DNA of 64,000 nt from an uncultured Verrucomicrobiota bacterium. Lineage in GTDB: Bacteria; Verrucomicrobiota; Verrucomicrobiia; Limisphaerales; CAIMTB01. Positions 29,712 to 39,342 of the stretch are shown piece by piece. The DNA lies in contig CAYMDA010000004.1 of NCBI GenBank assembly GCA_964389135.1, positions 72,832-136,831 on the forward strand, written 5' to 3'. Below the pieces are notes generated by a model. The model ran no database searches. It saw only the letters and a list, made by a program, of their open reading frames with translations, and was not told the origin of the DNA. The position numbers were made by a program, and so were the translations under genes. The stretch's first letter is position 1. Each line of letters begins with the position of its first letter.

Positions 29712-30425
29712 ATGCTCGGGTTCCTGCGGATGGTGTGCGCGGCCATGGCCATCGCCGGTCCGCTCGCGGTCCCGGGCGCGGGCGCCTCGGACGCCGATCT
29801 GAAGGTCCACTGGCAACGAACCGAGAGGGGTCTGCGGCTTTCGTGGACCTCGGAATCCATCACCCCGGGCCCGTTCGTCCACTATGACTTCGAGATCCAG
29901 TACGCGACGAACCTCGCCGCGTGGGCCGGCATCGGGCTTGTCCCGGGAGGCTTCAGCGATTCGCCCGCCGGGGAGCGATCGGTCCTTGTCAGTCTCGCGG
30001 GCCATGCGGGGTTCGTTCGGCTCGCGTACCGGCTCAACATGCCCGAGGCGAACCTGAGCGGGCTCGACTTCCGCGGCGCGGACCTGCGTGGCGCGTGGCT
30101 GGCGGGTGCCAACCTGTCCAACGCGCGCCTGGACGATGCCATTCTCGCCGGAGCGGATCTCCGGGGTGCGAACCTTTCAGGGGCAAGTCTCGCCGGAGCG
30201 AACCTCGAGGGAGCCCTTCTCGACGACGTCATCATGGACGGCGCCCCGGCCGAGCTTCACGAGGGGGTCGGGGGCGGCTCGTCCGTGGACGGCGACGCTC
30301 GCCATCCGAACGCGTCAGTGCAGCAGCACGTGGACGGAGTCGCGGAGCGTGTCGAGGACGTACGTCAGCAGGTTCGGCCCGCCGTCGCGGACGAGAACCG
30401 CCACGGCGGTGATCGCCAGCAGTGA
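29712..30425 (+). CDS. Exported pentapeptide-repeat protein
   Basis: Signal MLGFLRMVCAAMAIAGPLAVPGAGA, an N-terminal domain of about 100 aa, then tandem A(D/N)LxG pentapeptides (ANLSGLDFRGADLRGAWLAGANLSNARLDDAILAGADLRGANLSGASLAGANLEGALL). The last 35 or so codons overlap the convergent gene and may not be genuine. Confidence 0.7.
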   Translation: MLGFLRMVCAAMAIAGPLAVPGAGASDADLKVHWQRTERGLRLSWTSESITPGPFVHYDFEIQYATNLAAWAGIGLVPGGFSDSPAGERSVLVSLAGHAGFVRLAYRLNMPEANLSGLDFRGADLRGAWLAGANLSNARLDDAILAGADLRGANLSGASLAGANLEGALLDDVIMDGAPAELHEGVGGGSSVDGDARHPNASVQQHVDGVAERVEDVRQQVRPAVADENRHGGDRQQ

Positions 30426-30674
30426 CAGGAGAACCTGGGCGGAGCGATCGCCCTGGCCACCGGCGGAGTCAGAGTCCACCCGAGCATCCGAGATCAGGCG
30501 CCCCCATGCCTCGAGCTCGTTCGTGCGGAGGCGGCGGAGCCGTTCCCGGTTCCGCGGCGTCACCGAGATGCGAATGGTTTCGAGCGGGTTGGGGAGGAGT
30601 CGGCTCGTCCCCGGCCTGGATTCCCTCCCGGACGACCGGAACGGCTCCCAGTGAAAAACCGCGGTGTCACTCAT
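30315..30674 (-). CDS. Small hypothetical protein with C-terminal TM helix
   Basis: MSDTAVFHWEPF..VTPRNRERLRRLRTNELEAWGRLI..AQVLLSLLAITAVAVLV... Third codon positions are overwhelmingly G/C in this frame (checked codon by codon), which supports coding. No family recognised. Confidence 0.45.
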   Translation of the reverse strand: MSDTAVFHWEPFRSSGRESRPGTSRLLPNPLETIRISVTPRNRERLRRLRTNELEAWGRLISDARVDSDSAGGQGDRSAQVLLSLLAITAVAVLVRDGGPNLLTYVLDTLRDSVHVLLH

Positions 30675-30970
30675 GGGGTCGTGAGATACCGAATCACATG
30701 GTCTCTCGGCGATTCCCCGAAAGAGTAGGCGCCGCACGGAAGCCGAATGGGGCGGGCACGGCACGCCCGCGTGTGTGACCCCGTGGCGACCGGGTGGCAT
30801 GGGGGCCGTCATTCCGTGGGAAAAGCGCGGGATGCGTCCTGTTTCCCGGGCCCGGGCCGGCTCGCACTTCGGATTTCCCAAGGATCGGGGTCCCGCTACG
30901 CTCCGCTGCTGTGCGGCCGTCGGCGAACCAGGCACCGAACCAGCCGAGCGCCGATTCCCGGCGCTGGGAG

Positions 30971-33073
30971 ATGCTGTTCGAGCAGTCGCCCCAGAGCCTG
31001 CAGGTGTTCGGGCCGGATGGCTGGTCGCGTCGGGTCAATCGGGCGTGGCAGCAGCTCTTCTGTCTGAGCCTTGAGGAGGCTGCCAGCTTCAACATCTTCC
31101 ATGATCCGCAGCTCGCCAGCGCGGGCGTGGGCGAGTACATCCGCGCGGCCTTCGCGGGGAAGGTGGTGCAGATCCCGCCGATTCCCTTCACGGTGCGGCC
31201 CGGCGATGGCTCCACCTCGTTACGCTGGATCAGGGCCACGCTTTTCCCGGTCCTCGACTCCAGCGGCAACCTGCTCGAGGTTGTCTGCATCCACGAGGAC
31301 ATCACGGAACGCCGGCAGGCGGAAATCACCCTCCGGGAAAGCCAGCAGTTGCTCGAGTCAGTCACCCAGGGAATCAGCGAGGCGATCTACCGGTCGAACC
31401 CCCTCGGGCGGCTCACCTTCGTCAATGACGCCTACCTGCGTCTCTTCGGCTACGACTCACTCGAGGAACTGAACAGCATCCCGCGGGAAAGACTCTACGC
31501 GCGCCCGTCCGATCGGGCGCGTCTCCTCCATCTGCTGGAGACCGCCGGCGGCTTCCGCAATGAGGAGATCGAGTTCCGCCGCCGTGACGGCGGCCGCTTC
31601 TGGGCGCTCATCTCGAGCTCCGCCCATCGCGATCCCGAAACCGGGGCCGTCACATGGTTCGACGGGATTCTCAGCGATGTCAGCGAACGCCGTCGCGCGG
31701 AACAGGCGATCCGCGAGCTGAACACGACGCTGGAGGAACGGGTTCGCCTGCGGACCATGGAACTCGCGGAGGCCAACGAGCAGCTCCAGCGTGAGATCGC
31801 GGAACGGCAGCGTCGCGAGACGACCCTCCGCGCCGTGTGGCACATCTCCGAAGCCGTGCACTCGGCGCGCGACCTCGACCAGCTCTATGCCCGCATCCAT
31901 GAGATCGTCTGCGGGCTCATGCCGGCCTCGAATTTCTACCTTCTCCTGCGTGACCGCGAAACGGGACTGGACCACACGGTGTATTGGCGCGACGCCATGG
32001 ATCCGCCGCCCCAACCCCGCCGCCTGCGCCGGGGCCTCAACGCCTACGTCCTTCGCACCGGCCGGCCCCTGCGGGCCACCCGCAAGGAAATGCTTCGCCC
32101 CGCGCCGTCCGGCCTCGTCGAAGCCACCGGCGACCAGTGGTACCTCGAGTTCGGGACGCCCGCCGCCGTCTGGCTCGGCATTCCCCTGCGCATCGATCAG
32201 GAGGTCATCGGCGTGATGGCCGTCCAGGATTATCACGACGAGAACGCCTACGGCGACGACGAACAGCAGATCCTCACCTTCGTGGCGGAACAGATCGCCC
32301 TCGCAATCCAGCGCAAGCGCGCCGAGGGCGAGCTCATCCGCACCCTCGAGCGCGAACGCGAGCTGGGACAGCTGCGGAAGAACTTCGTCTCGATGGTTTC
32401 CCACGAGTTCCGCACGCCGCTCGGCATCATCGCCTCCTCGGCCGGGCTGCTCGACAAGTTCTTCGATCGCCTCGACCCCGTCGAACGCGCCGAGCAGCTC
32501 GCCTCCATACGCGCCGCCACGCGCCGCATGAGCCACCTCATGGAGGAGGTGTTGCTCTTCGGACGCGTGGACGAGGGACGGCTCGCCTGCGAACCGCGGC
32601 CCATGGATTTCGCCGCCTTCTGCCGCATCGTCGCGGATGAGCTCAAGTCCGCCACCGACCATCGCTGCCCCATCGACCTGCGCGTGCACATCGACCCCGC
32701 GGAGGTCGCGGCCGACGAACGCCTCCTCCGGCCCGTGCTCACGAACCTGCTCGGCAACGCCGTGAAGTACTCCACCCCCGGCACCCCCGTGGAACTCAGC
32801 GCCGAGGTGCGGGAAGGCCACATCGTCATGGTCATCCGCGACCGCGGATGCGGCATCCCCGCCGCGGACCTGCCCGTGCTCTTCGAGCCTTTCCGCCGCG
32901 GTTCCAACGTCTCCCATGTCCCGGGCACCGGGCTCGGCCTTGCGATCGTCCGGCGCTGCGTCCGCCTCCACGGAGGCCAGCTCGACCTGACCTCCGAACC
33001 CGGTGTCGGCACCACCGTCACCGTCCGCATCCCCGTAACTTCCGCTCCCGCTGTGGAGCCGAACCCGTCATGA
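30971..33073 (+). CDS. Cytoplasmic sensor histidine kinase (PAS-PAS-GAF-HisKA-HATPase)
   Basis: No TM segments. PAS-like repeats (..MLFEQSPQSLQVFGPDG.., ..ITERRQAEITLRESQQLLESV..), coiled linker, GAF-like region, H-box FVSMVSHEFRTPL, N-box LTNLLGNAVKY, G1 DRGCGIP, G2 GTGLGLAIV. The start is taken at ATG 30971; the ORF is open from 30794. Confidence 0.85.
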   Translation: MLFEQSPQSLQVFGPDGWSRRVNRAWQQLFCLSLEEAASFNIFHDPQLASAGVGEYIRAAFAGKVVQIPPIPFTVRPGDGSTSLRWIRATLFPVLDSSGNLLEVVCIHEDITERRQAEITLRESQQLLESVTQGISEAIYRSNPLGRLTFVNDAYLRLFGYDSLEELNSIPRERLYARPSDRARLLHLLETAGGFRNEEIEFRRRDGGRFWALISSSAHRDPETGAVTWFDGILSDVSERRRAEQAIRELNTTLEERVRLRTMELAEANEQLQREIAERQRRETTLRAVWHISEAVHSARDLDQLYARIHEIVCGLMPASNFYLLLRDRETGLDHTVYWRDAMDPPPQPRRLRRGLNAYVLRTGRPLRATRKEMLRPAPSGLVEATGDQWYLEFGTPAAVWLGIPLRIDQEVIGVMAVQDYHDENAYGDDEQQILTFVAEQIALAIQRKRAEGELIRTLERERELGQLRKNFVSMVSHEFRTPLGIIASSAGLLDKFFDRLDPVERAEQLASIRAATRRMSHLMEEVLLFGRVDEGRLACEPRPMDFAAFCRIVADELKSATDHRCPIDLRVHIDPAEVAADERLLRPVLTNLLGNAVKYSTPGTPVELSAEVREGHIVMVIRDRGCGIPAADLPVLFEPFRRGSNVSHVPGTGLGLAIVRRCVRLHGGQLDLTSEPGVGTTVTVRIPVTSAPAVEPNPS

Positions 33074-33693
33074 AGACCATCCTTGTCATTGAGGACGAAC
33101 CAGAAATGCGCCGGAACATCACGCGCCTGCTCAAGCTCGAGGGCTACGAGGCGCTGGCCGCCGCCCATGGCCGTGAAGGCCTCGACCTCATGCGGAAGCA
33201 ACGGCCGCATCTCATCCTCTGCGACGTCATGATGCCGGTCATGGACGGGTACGAGGTGCTTCGCGAGGTCCGCGGCGACCCCGACCTGCGTTCCATCCCC
33301 TTCATCTTCCTGACCGCCAAGGGCGAGAAGACCGACCTCCGCGGCGGCATGAACCTCGGGGCCGACGATTACCTCACGAAACCCGTCGAGAACGATGACC
33401 TGATCTCCGCCATCTCCGCCCGCCTCCAGCGCGCGGAGCAGACGGCCCGCACCGGGTTCGCCCCGGATTTCAGCTCCGCGGCCCCTCTCGAAGCCCTCGA
33501 TCTCAGCCCGCGCGAGGCGGAGGTCCTCCTCTGGGCGGCCCAGGGAAAAACCAATCCCGAGATCGCGACGATCCTCGGGATCAGCGAGGAGACCGTGAAG
33601 AAGCACATGAAGGAGGTCCTCTCCACCCTCGGCGTCGAGACGCGGACCGCCGCAACGCTCCGCGCACTCGAACTCCTCCAGCGCGCCGCCTGA
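33070..33693 (+). CDS. NarL/LuxR-type response regulator
   Basis: MKTILVIEDEPEMRRNI..ILCDVMMPVMDG..FLTAKG (receiver) plus LSPREAEVLLWAAQGKTNPEIATILGISEETVKKHMKEVL (LuxR HTH). Its ATG overlaps the kinase stop (ATGA). Confidence 0.9.
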   Translation: MKTILVIEDEPEMRRNITRLLKLEGYEALAAAHGREGLDLMRKQRPHLILCDVMMPVMDGYEVLREVRGDPDLRSIPFIFLTAKGEKTDLRGGMNLGADDYLTKPVENDDLISAISARLQRAEQTARTGFAPDFSSAAPLEALDLSPREAEVLLWAAQGKTNPEIATILGISEETVKKHMKEVLSTLGVETRTAATLRALELLQRAA

Positions 33694-33733
33694 TCCCGGC
33701 GGCGCCACGCACGCCGCCTGCGCCCTCGCGCGT

Positions 33734-34471
33734 TCAGACGTTCAGTCCCCGGACCCACCGCACGACCGCATCCGCCATCGCCGTCACGTGGGCCTCGTCG
33801 GAAAAGACGTGATCCGCGCCGACGATGTCCACGAACTCGTGCGGACCCGGTGCAACCGCGATCAGGTCGCGGCTGTCCTGGACCGGCACGACGTCATCCT
33901 CCGATCCGTGCACGAAAAGCCATGGCTTGCGCACCCTCTTCGCATGATCCACCACGCTCCGGATCCGCCGCATGTCATCCATGTAGGCCTGCGAAAGCGG
34001 GCATTCGCGCTTGTCCCACATGAAGTCCTTCCCGGGGTGCAGCGCGCCGAATTCCCGCTCGGCGAACGCCTCCGTGTGCGCCATTCCGGCGAGGGACACC
34101 AGGAAGCGAATCCGGTCGTCGTCCGCCGCGACAATCGTTCCGACCGCCGCACCCATGCTGTGGCCCGCGTACCCGACCTTCCAGCCGCTGAGTGCATCCA
34201 GAACCGACCGGAGGTCCTCCACCTCGCTGCTTACCGTGCAGTCCTCGAATCTCCCTTCGGAATCGCCGTTCCCGGCGAAGGAGATCCGAAGGGCCCAGAT
34301 GCCGGCGGCGGCGAGCGCATCGCCCAGCCGCACAAGGAGAGGCCGGTCCTTGTTTCCCGTGACTCCATGGCCGAGCACGACGATCAACCGGTTGCCCTCG
34401 GCCCCCTGGTGCAGGGAGTGGTCGATCCGCTGCCCGCGTGCATTCTTCAGTGTGTCCGGAATTCCTTGCAT
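33734..34471 (-). CDS. Alpha/beta hydrolase
   Basis: ..LIVVLGHGVTGNKD.. and the nucleophile elbow ..VGYAGHSMGAAVG..; ..FVHGSEDDVVP..; ..GADHVF.. (Ser-Asp-His order). Confidence 0.75.
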   Translation of the reverse strand: MQGIPDTLKNARGQRIDHSLHQGAEGNRLIVVLGHGVTGNKDRPLLVRLGDALAAAGIWALRISFAGNGDSEGRFEDCTVSSEVEDLRSVLDALSGWKVGYAGHSMGAAVGTIVAADDDRIRFLVSLAGMAHTEAFAEREFGALHPGKDFMWDKRECPLSQAYMDDMRRIRSVVDHAKRVRKPWLFVHGSEDDVVPVQDSRDLIAVAPGPHEFVDIVGADHVFSDEAHVTAMADAVVRWVRGLNV

Positions 34472-34545
34472 GGTGCGAAGGCGATCATGCGGGGCCCGCA
34501 CTCGCGCGCAATCCCGGATCACGCGGGGCTCGCCCGGTCGCGGCG

Positions 34546-35736
34546 CTACCGCCCCGGGGCGGCCGCCGCCTCCCCCGCCGGCAGTGAGGAATAGTACGTC
34601 GCCACGTTCGTGATCTGCTCGTTCGTGAGGTGCGGCGCAACCTTCAGCATCAGGTGTGCGTACCTGGATCCGCCACGGTGCCCTTCCTTGAAGAGCAGCA
34701 ACTGCCGGACGAGGTACGCCCGGTCCTGACCCGCGAGGTCCGGGTAGGCCGCGTTCCGCGGCGATGAAGTCGGCCCATGGCAGTCCGCGCAGGAGGGCAC
34801 CTTGCTGTGTGGAAGGCCCTGGAGGGCGATGATTTCACCCGCGGCGAGGTCCCCGTCCGTCGCGGTCGTCATCGCCGGTTCGCCGGGGGGCAGCCCCGCG
34901 TAGTGTTCGGCAAGTTCCTGGATCATCTCGGGAGTCAGCCCCGTGGCCACGTGCTCCATCATTCCACTGTGACGGGCGCCGAGGCGGTACGCCTCCAGCG
35001 CGTTGGAAAGGTATTCCACCCGCTGCCCCGCCAGCCGCGGATAGGCGCCGCGACCGAGCCCGTCCGCTCCATGGCAGCGGGCGCAGGAACGCGCCGCCTG
35101 AACCGGCGCGCCGCCGAAGAGGGATCCCGTGGCGAGTCGGGGCGCGTCCGCGGACGCATCGCCTCCATGGGCGAGGAACTTGTACTCCTCGGGACTCATC
35201 TCGGGCAGCCGGACCAGGAAGGCCACCATCGCCCAGACTTCATCGTCACGGTGCCTTGCCGGCCAGGCCGGCATGCCCGTGAACTTCACCCCGTGTTTGA
35301 CGATGTGGAACAGCTCCGCGGCGTCCCAGTTCGGAATCGCCTGGGGCAGGCCCGGAGGCCTGGGGGTCATGAACTGCGGAAGGGCCAGTCCCGGGATCTC
35401 GGGCGTTCCGTGGCAGGGGCCGCACCCGGTTTCGTAGTGGCCGGCCCCCATCATCACGAGGCGCGGGTCATCCAGGGGCGGGGGCTTCGTTCCCATGGAA
35501 TGGAACTTCACGGATCGTTCCATCGAGAAGTTCAGAAACCATTCCGTGATCGCCCAGTGGCCGGAACTGGCCTTGATCGGAATCACGCCGAGTGCCGCGA
35601 CCATGAAACCGAACACACCGGCCACGCCGAGAAGGATCGTCACGCGCAGAGCCCACGTCCGCAGCCATGAGCTCAGGCCCGATCGGGTCTTGTGCTCATG
35701 GCCGTCCCCGCCGACCTCCGTGCGCCCTTCGCTCAT
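34546..35736 (-). CDS. Membrane-anchored tri-haem c-type cytochrome
   Basis: N-terminal TM (..LRVTILLGVAGVFGFMVAALGVI..) and three CxxCH motifs (CGPCH, CARCH, CADCH). The ATG overlaps the ctaG-like stop (ATGA), so it is the last gene of the oxidase operon. Confidence 0.8.
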   Translation of the reverse strand: MSEGRTEVGGDGHEHKTRSGLSSWLRTWALRVTILLGVAGVFGFMVAALGVIPIKASSGHWAITEWFLNFSMERSVKFHSMGTKPPPLDDPRLVMMGAGHYETGCGPCHGTPEIPGLALPQFMTPRPPGLPQAIPNWDAAELFHIVKHGVKFTGMPAWPARHRDDEVWAMVAFLVRLPEMSPEEYKFLAHGGDASADAPRLATGSLFGGAPVQAARSCARCHGADGLGRGAYPRLAGQRVEYLSNALEAYRLGARHSGMMEHVATGLTPEMIQELAEHYAGLPPGEPAMTTATDGDLAAGEIIALQGLPHSKVPSCADCHGPTSSPRNAAYPDLAGQDRAYLVRQLLLFKEGHRGGSRYAHLMLKVAPHLTNEQITNVATYYSSLPAGEAAAAPGR

Positions 35737-36431
35737 CGGGCGTTCCCCCCGGACGTTTTCGATGAAGCCCATGCACCGGAGGCGATCCAGGCTCCGGGTT
35801 TCCGCAGGCCCGGGGGCGCAGGGGATCTCCAACGCACCAGTGCAACCGTGAGGCCAAGACCGCCCGCAAGGTAGGAGATACCGCCCACGAGGAGCATGAT
35901 CGCGCCGCCGAGTTGCTGGTCCTCGAGGGCGGTGAGACCCGCGATTCCCGGCTCATGTCCGTACAATGGGCGCGGCGCAAGGGCCAGCAGCGCGCCGAGA
36001 AGGGTCATGTGCATCGAAGTCAGCAGCAGCGCAATGATCCCCGCGCCCAGGCGTGCGCCGCTCGCCGGGCCTCCCAGCGCGGAGAGCCACACCAGCAGAC
36101 CGGAGGCGAGGAACATCCCCTGCTCGAGCGCGAGGCCTCCATGCTGGTGCCGCGCCCAGTGGTGCAGGGCAGGCGCGTGCCAGGCCCATACGACGAGCAG
36201 TTCCACGATCGATGCCGGAATGGCCGCGAACAGCCAGGGCACTCGAAACACGGGATCATGGCACCCGCGCATGACCCCGAGCGCGAGGAGGGGTGCGGCG
36301 ACCGCCACCACGCCCATGTGCAGCGTCATGTGCGCGGAGAATGAATGTCCGCTGAGCTCGGGAAGCGGACCCATCCACAGGACCGCGAGAAGCGCCACTC
36401 CCAGTCCGAACGATGTGGTGCGCGCGCTCAT
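35733..36431 (-). CDS. ctaG: Cytochrome c oxidase caa3-type assembly factor CtaG-like membrane protein
   Basis: Polytopic; ..LWMGPLPELSGHSFSAHMTLHMGVVAVAAPLLALG..ELLVVWAWHAPALH.. matches the Caa3_CtaG pattern as I remember it. Operon position supports the call. Confidence 0.65.
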   Translation of the reverse strand: MSARTTSFGLGVALLAVLWMGPLPELSGHSFSAHMTLHMGVVAVAAPLLALGVMRGCHDPVFRVPWLFAAIPASIVELLVVWAWHAPALHHWARHQHGGLALEQGMFLASGLLVWLSALGGPASGARLGAGIIALLLTSMHMTLLGALLALAPRPLYGHEPGIAGLTALEDQQLGGAIMLLVGGISYLAGGLGLTVALVRWRSPAPPGLRKPGAWIASGAWASSKTSGGNAR

Positions 36432-36826
36432 CAGTCACAGGTCTTCATGAAGATCGCGACCATCGCCACGTAGAGCACGGCGACCGCGCTGAGGCCGGAA
36501 AGCAGCAGCGTTGCAAACCCGAGAAACCGATGCCGATCCCCGGGCGTGTCCATGTCATGCGGCAGCGCCTCGGATCCGTAGCCGTGCCGTCGATAGCCGA
36601 TCCACGCCATGATCCCGATGCCCGCCAGCGCCACGGCCGTGTAGGCCGCCATCGCCAGGCGCACTCCCTCGAGGGATCCGTCCGGGCCGGCGTGTTTCGC
36701 GCACCAGATCGCGGCCGTGAGGTAGCAGGCCATGAAATGCGCCGCCCAGATCGTCGGCGACACGGTCAGCATCCAGAGACTCTGGTTCTCCTCCGAGGTG
36801 TCCTGCGGCCTGGAGATCTCGTTCAT
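36431..36826 (-). CDS. Small 3-TM membrane protein in the oxidase operon (possible subunit IV analogue)
   Basis: MNEISRPQDTSEENQSLWMLTVSPTIWAAHFMACYLTAAIW.., 131 aa. Its ATG overlaps the subunit I/III stop (ATGA) and its stop overlaps the next ATG by 1 nt. No family recognised. Confidence 0.5.
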   Translation of the reverse strand: MNEISRPQDTSEENQSLWMLTVSPTIWAAHFMACYLTAAIWCAKHAGPDGSLEGVRLAMAAYTAVALAGIGIMAWIGYRRHGYGSEALPHDMDTPGDRHRFLGFATLLLSGLSAVAVLYVAMVAIFMKTCD

Positions 36827-39342
36827 CGCACAAGAGGGAAGCCCGCGATCACCCCGACGGTGATGGCGGCGGTGATGGCGGCAAAGTGCCAGTAGAGAGT
36901 GACGTTGCAGATGTCGATGTCGTGGCGCGCGGTCATCCGCCTCGCGAGCCGCCGGGCGATGCAGTAGAGCTGCATCACCGTGCCCAGCAGCAGGTGAAGG
37001 CAGGTCCAGATCGCGAGCACCCACACGATCGCCGGGTAGGAGTGCAGGGTGGGGTCCATGTCGTGCACCCAGGGCCCCGCGAGGATCGCCGCGGCGGAAC
37101 CCAGCGACAGAAGGACGGACAGTCCCATCACCGCATGGTACGCCGCTCCCCGGTCGGCGCGGTTCAGCCGCTTGCCCGCCCAGGTCGTCGCCCATGCTCC
37201 CGCGGCAAGGCCAAGCGCCGCCAACGGCCAGAGCACGCCGGGCCCCGGGATGTTCGGAGGCGGAAACTCCGTGTGCACCGTCCAGAAGAAAAAGTAGCCG
37301 AAGACGAGCGACACAAAGGCGGTCATGTCGCCCAGCATGGTGATCAGCATGGCCCACCAGCCCACGGAAGCCGGTCCGGAGGCATACAGCGGAGCCCTCT
37401 GCCCGAGGCCGATGTTCTTCTCGGGCTTCTCGGGAATCACCGCGGTTCCCGTCCACAGCCACCGGATGATCAGAGCGCCCGCGAGCGCGCCGCTGATCGC
37501 CGCCGGCCACCACAGATGAAACGTCGCGAACAGGAACAGCCCGCCGGTGAGCATGGCGGCCCAGAACGCAAGAAAGGTCGGTCCGGGCACTCGCAGGCAC
37601 TGAATGGGCCGTGCGTCGATGGGAGTCGTGACAAGGGTTTCACGCAGGCCCTCCTCGGCGTCCGGCAGATAATGGCGGCCCTCGTCCACTTCGCGCATGA
37701 GATTCGGCTGTTCCCACAAAGGGTAGCGACCCGAAATCTCCGGGATGGACCGGACGCCCCACGAACGGCTCGGCATCTCGATCAGCCACTCCAGCGTGCC
37801 GGCATTCCACGGATTCCGCTCCGAGTAGGGTTCACGTCTCTTGGGCCGGATGACATCCCACACGATCACAAGGATGCCCAGCGCCAGGATGAAGGCACCC
37901 ACCGTGGAAATGAGGTTCAGATATGTGAACCCGAGGTCGCCCGGGTACGTGAACACCCGGCGTGTCATGCCCCGAAGGCCGGTCAGGTGCATCGGCAGGA
38001 AGGTGATGTTGAATCCCGCCAGCATCGTCCAGAAGGCGCGCGTGCCAAGCTTCTCCGAGAGCTTCCTGCCCGTGACGACCGGGAAAAAGTAGTAGAGACC
38101 GGCCGCGATCGGGAAGATGGTTCCGCCGATCAGCACGTAGTGCAGATGGCCCACCACGAAATACGTGTCGTGCGCCTGGAAGTCGAAGGGCACGAGGGCG
38201 ACCATCACCCCGGTGAGCCCGCCGATGATGAAGGTCGCAAGGCCCCCGAGGACGAACAGCATGGGCACCGAGCGCACCACCCTGCCCGCGAGCAGCGTCG
38301 CGATGAAGCAGAAGAACTGAACGCCCGTGGGAATCGCCACGGCCTCGGACGCCGCGGAGAACAGGCCGAGCGAGATGCCGGGCAGGCCCGTCGTGAACAT
38401 GTGATGAACCCAAAGGCCGAAACTGAGAAAACCGGTCCCCACAGCCGCGAGTACGATCCAGCCATACCCGATGATGCGCGTGCGTGCCATCGTCGGGACG
38501 ATCATCGCCACCAGCGCGATCGACGGGAGAAACACGATGTACACCTCCGGGTGCCCGAAGATCCAGAAGAGGTGCTGCCAGAGCAGGGGATCGCCGCCGC
38601 GTCTGGCGTCGAAGAACGGCCAGTCGAGCAGCCGCTCGAGCTCAAGCAGCACATCACCCGCGATCAACGGGGGGAACGCGAAGAGAATCATCACCGCCAC
38701 CACGAGGATGTACCACGAGTACAGCGGGATCAGATTGATGCGCATCCCGGGGGGACGGCACTTCAGCACACCCACGATCAGTTCGACGGCCGCCGCGATC
38801 GAGGCGATCTCGATGAAGCTGAGGCCGAGCAGCCAGATGTCCGCTCCCACGCCGTCCTGGTACTGCGACGTGAGCGGCGGATACATGAACCACCCTCCCT
38901 TCGGCGCGGCGTTGAAGAAGATCGATCCGCACACGAAGACGCCGCCGAGCGCGAAACTCCAGAATCCGTATGCCGACAACCTTGGAAAGGGAAGGTCCCG
39001 CGCGCCGAGCATCTGCGGCAGGAGCAGAATGGAGATCGCCTCAAAGATCGGCACCGCGAACAGGAACATCATCACGGATCCGTGGAGCGTGAAGATCTGG
39101 TTGTAGACGTCCGCGGACAGGAAGTCGTTCCCCGGCACCGCCAGTTGCACCCGCATGAGCAGGGCCAGGACGCCCGCGAACAGGAAGAATAGGAACGATG
39201 CCACCGTGTACCACAGGCCCACGATGGTGTTGTTCACTGACGACCAGTAGCCGATGCCCGTCCGGGCCTTCCATACGCGGGCAAGCCTTTCCGCCTGCGC
39301 GCGCTGCAGTTCCCCCTCGGGCCCTGCCGCCTCGGTGCTCAT
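36823..39342 (-). CDS. ctaD: Cytochrome c oxidase subunit I fused to subunit III (caa3 type)
   Basis: 839 aa. The first 540 or so are canonical subunit I (..IFTLHGSVMMFLFAVP..WIFGHPEVYIVFLP..VWVHHMFTTG..VVGHLHYVL..). The C-terminal 290 or so are subunit III-like TM helices ending ..CNVTLYWHFAAITAAITV (compare the YWHFVD motif). Confidence 0.9.
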   Translation of the reverse strand: MSTEAAGPEGELQRAQAERLARVWKARTGIGYWSSVNNTIVGLWYTVASFLFFLFAGVLALLMRVQLAVPGNDFLSADVYNQIFTLHGSVMMFLFAVPIFEAISILLLPQMLGARDLPFPRLSAYGFWSFALGGVFVCGSIFFNAAPKGGWFMYPPLTSQYQDGVGADIWLLGLSFIEIASIAAAVELIVGVLKCRPPGMRINLIPLYSWYILVVAVMILFAFPPLIAGDVLLELERLLDWPFFDARRGGDPLLWQHLFWIFGHPEVYIVFLPSIALVAMIVPTMARTRIIGYGWIVLAAVGTGFLSFGLWVHHMFTTGLPGISLGLFSAASEAVAIPTGVQFFCFIATLLAGRVVRSVPMLFVLGGLATFIIGGLTGVMVALVPFDFQAHDTYFVVGHLHYVLIGGTIFPIAAGLYYFFPVVTGRKLSEKLGTRAFWTMLAGFNITFLPMHLTGLRGMTRRVFTYPGDLGFTYLNLISTVGAFILALGILVIVWDVIRPKRREPYSERNPWNAGTLEWLIEMPSRSWGVRSIPEISGRYPLWEQPNLMREVDEGRHYLPDAEEGLRETLVTTPIDARPIQCLRVPGPTFLAFWAAMLTGGLFLFATFHLWWPAAISGALAGALIIRWLWTGTAVIPEKPEKNIGLGQRAPLYASGPASVGWWAMLITMLGDMTAFVSLVFGYFFFWTVHTEFPPPNIPGPGVLWPLAALGLAAGAWATTWAGKRLNRADRGAAYHAVMGLSVLLSLGSAAAILAGPWVHDMDPTLHSYPAIVWVLAIWTCLHLLLGTVMQLYCIARRLARRMTARHDIDICNVTLYWHFAAITAAITVGVIAGFPLVR

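Noticed and set aside
36886-39192. 768-aa plus-strand ORF rich in R/E/D/H
   Set aside because: It is antisense to cytochrome oxidase subunit I/III. There are no TM helices or motifs and the composition is implausible.
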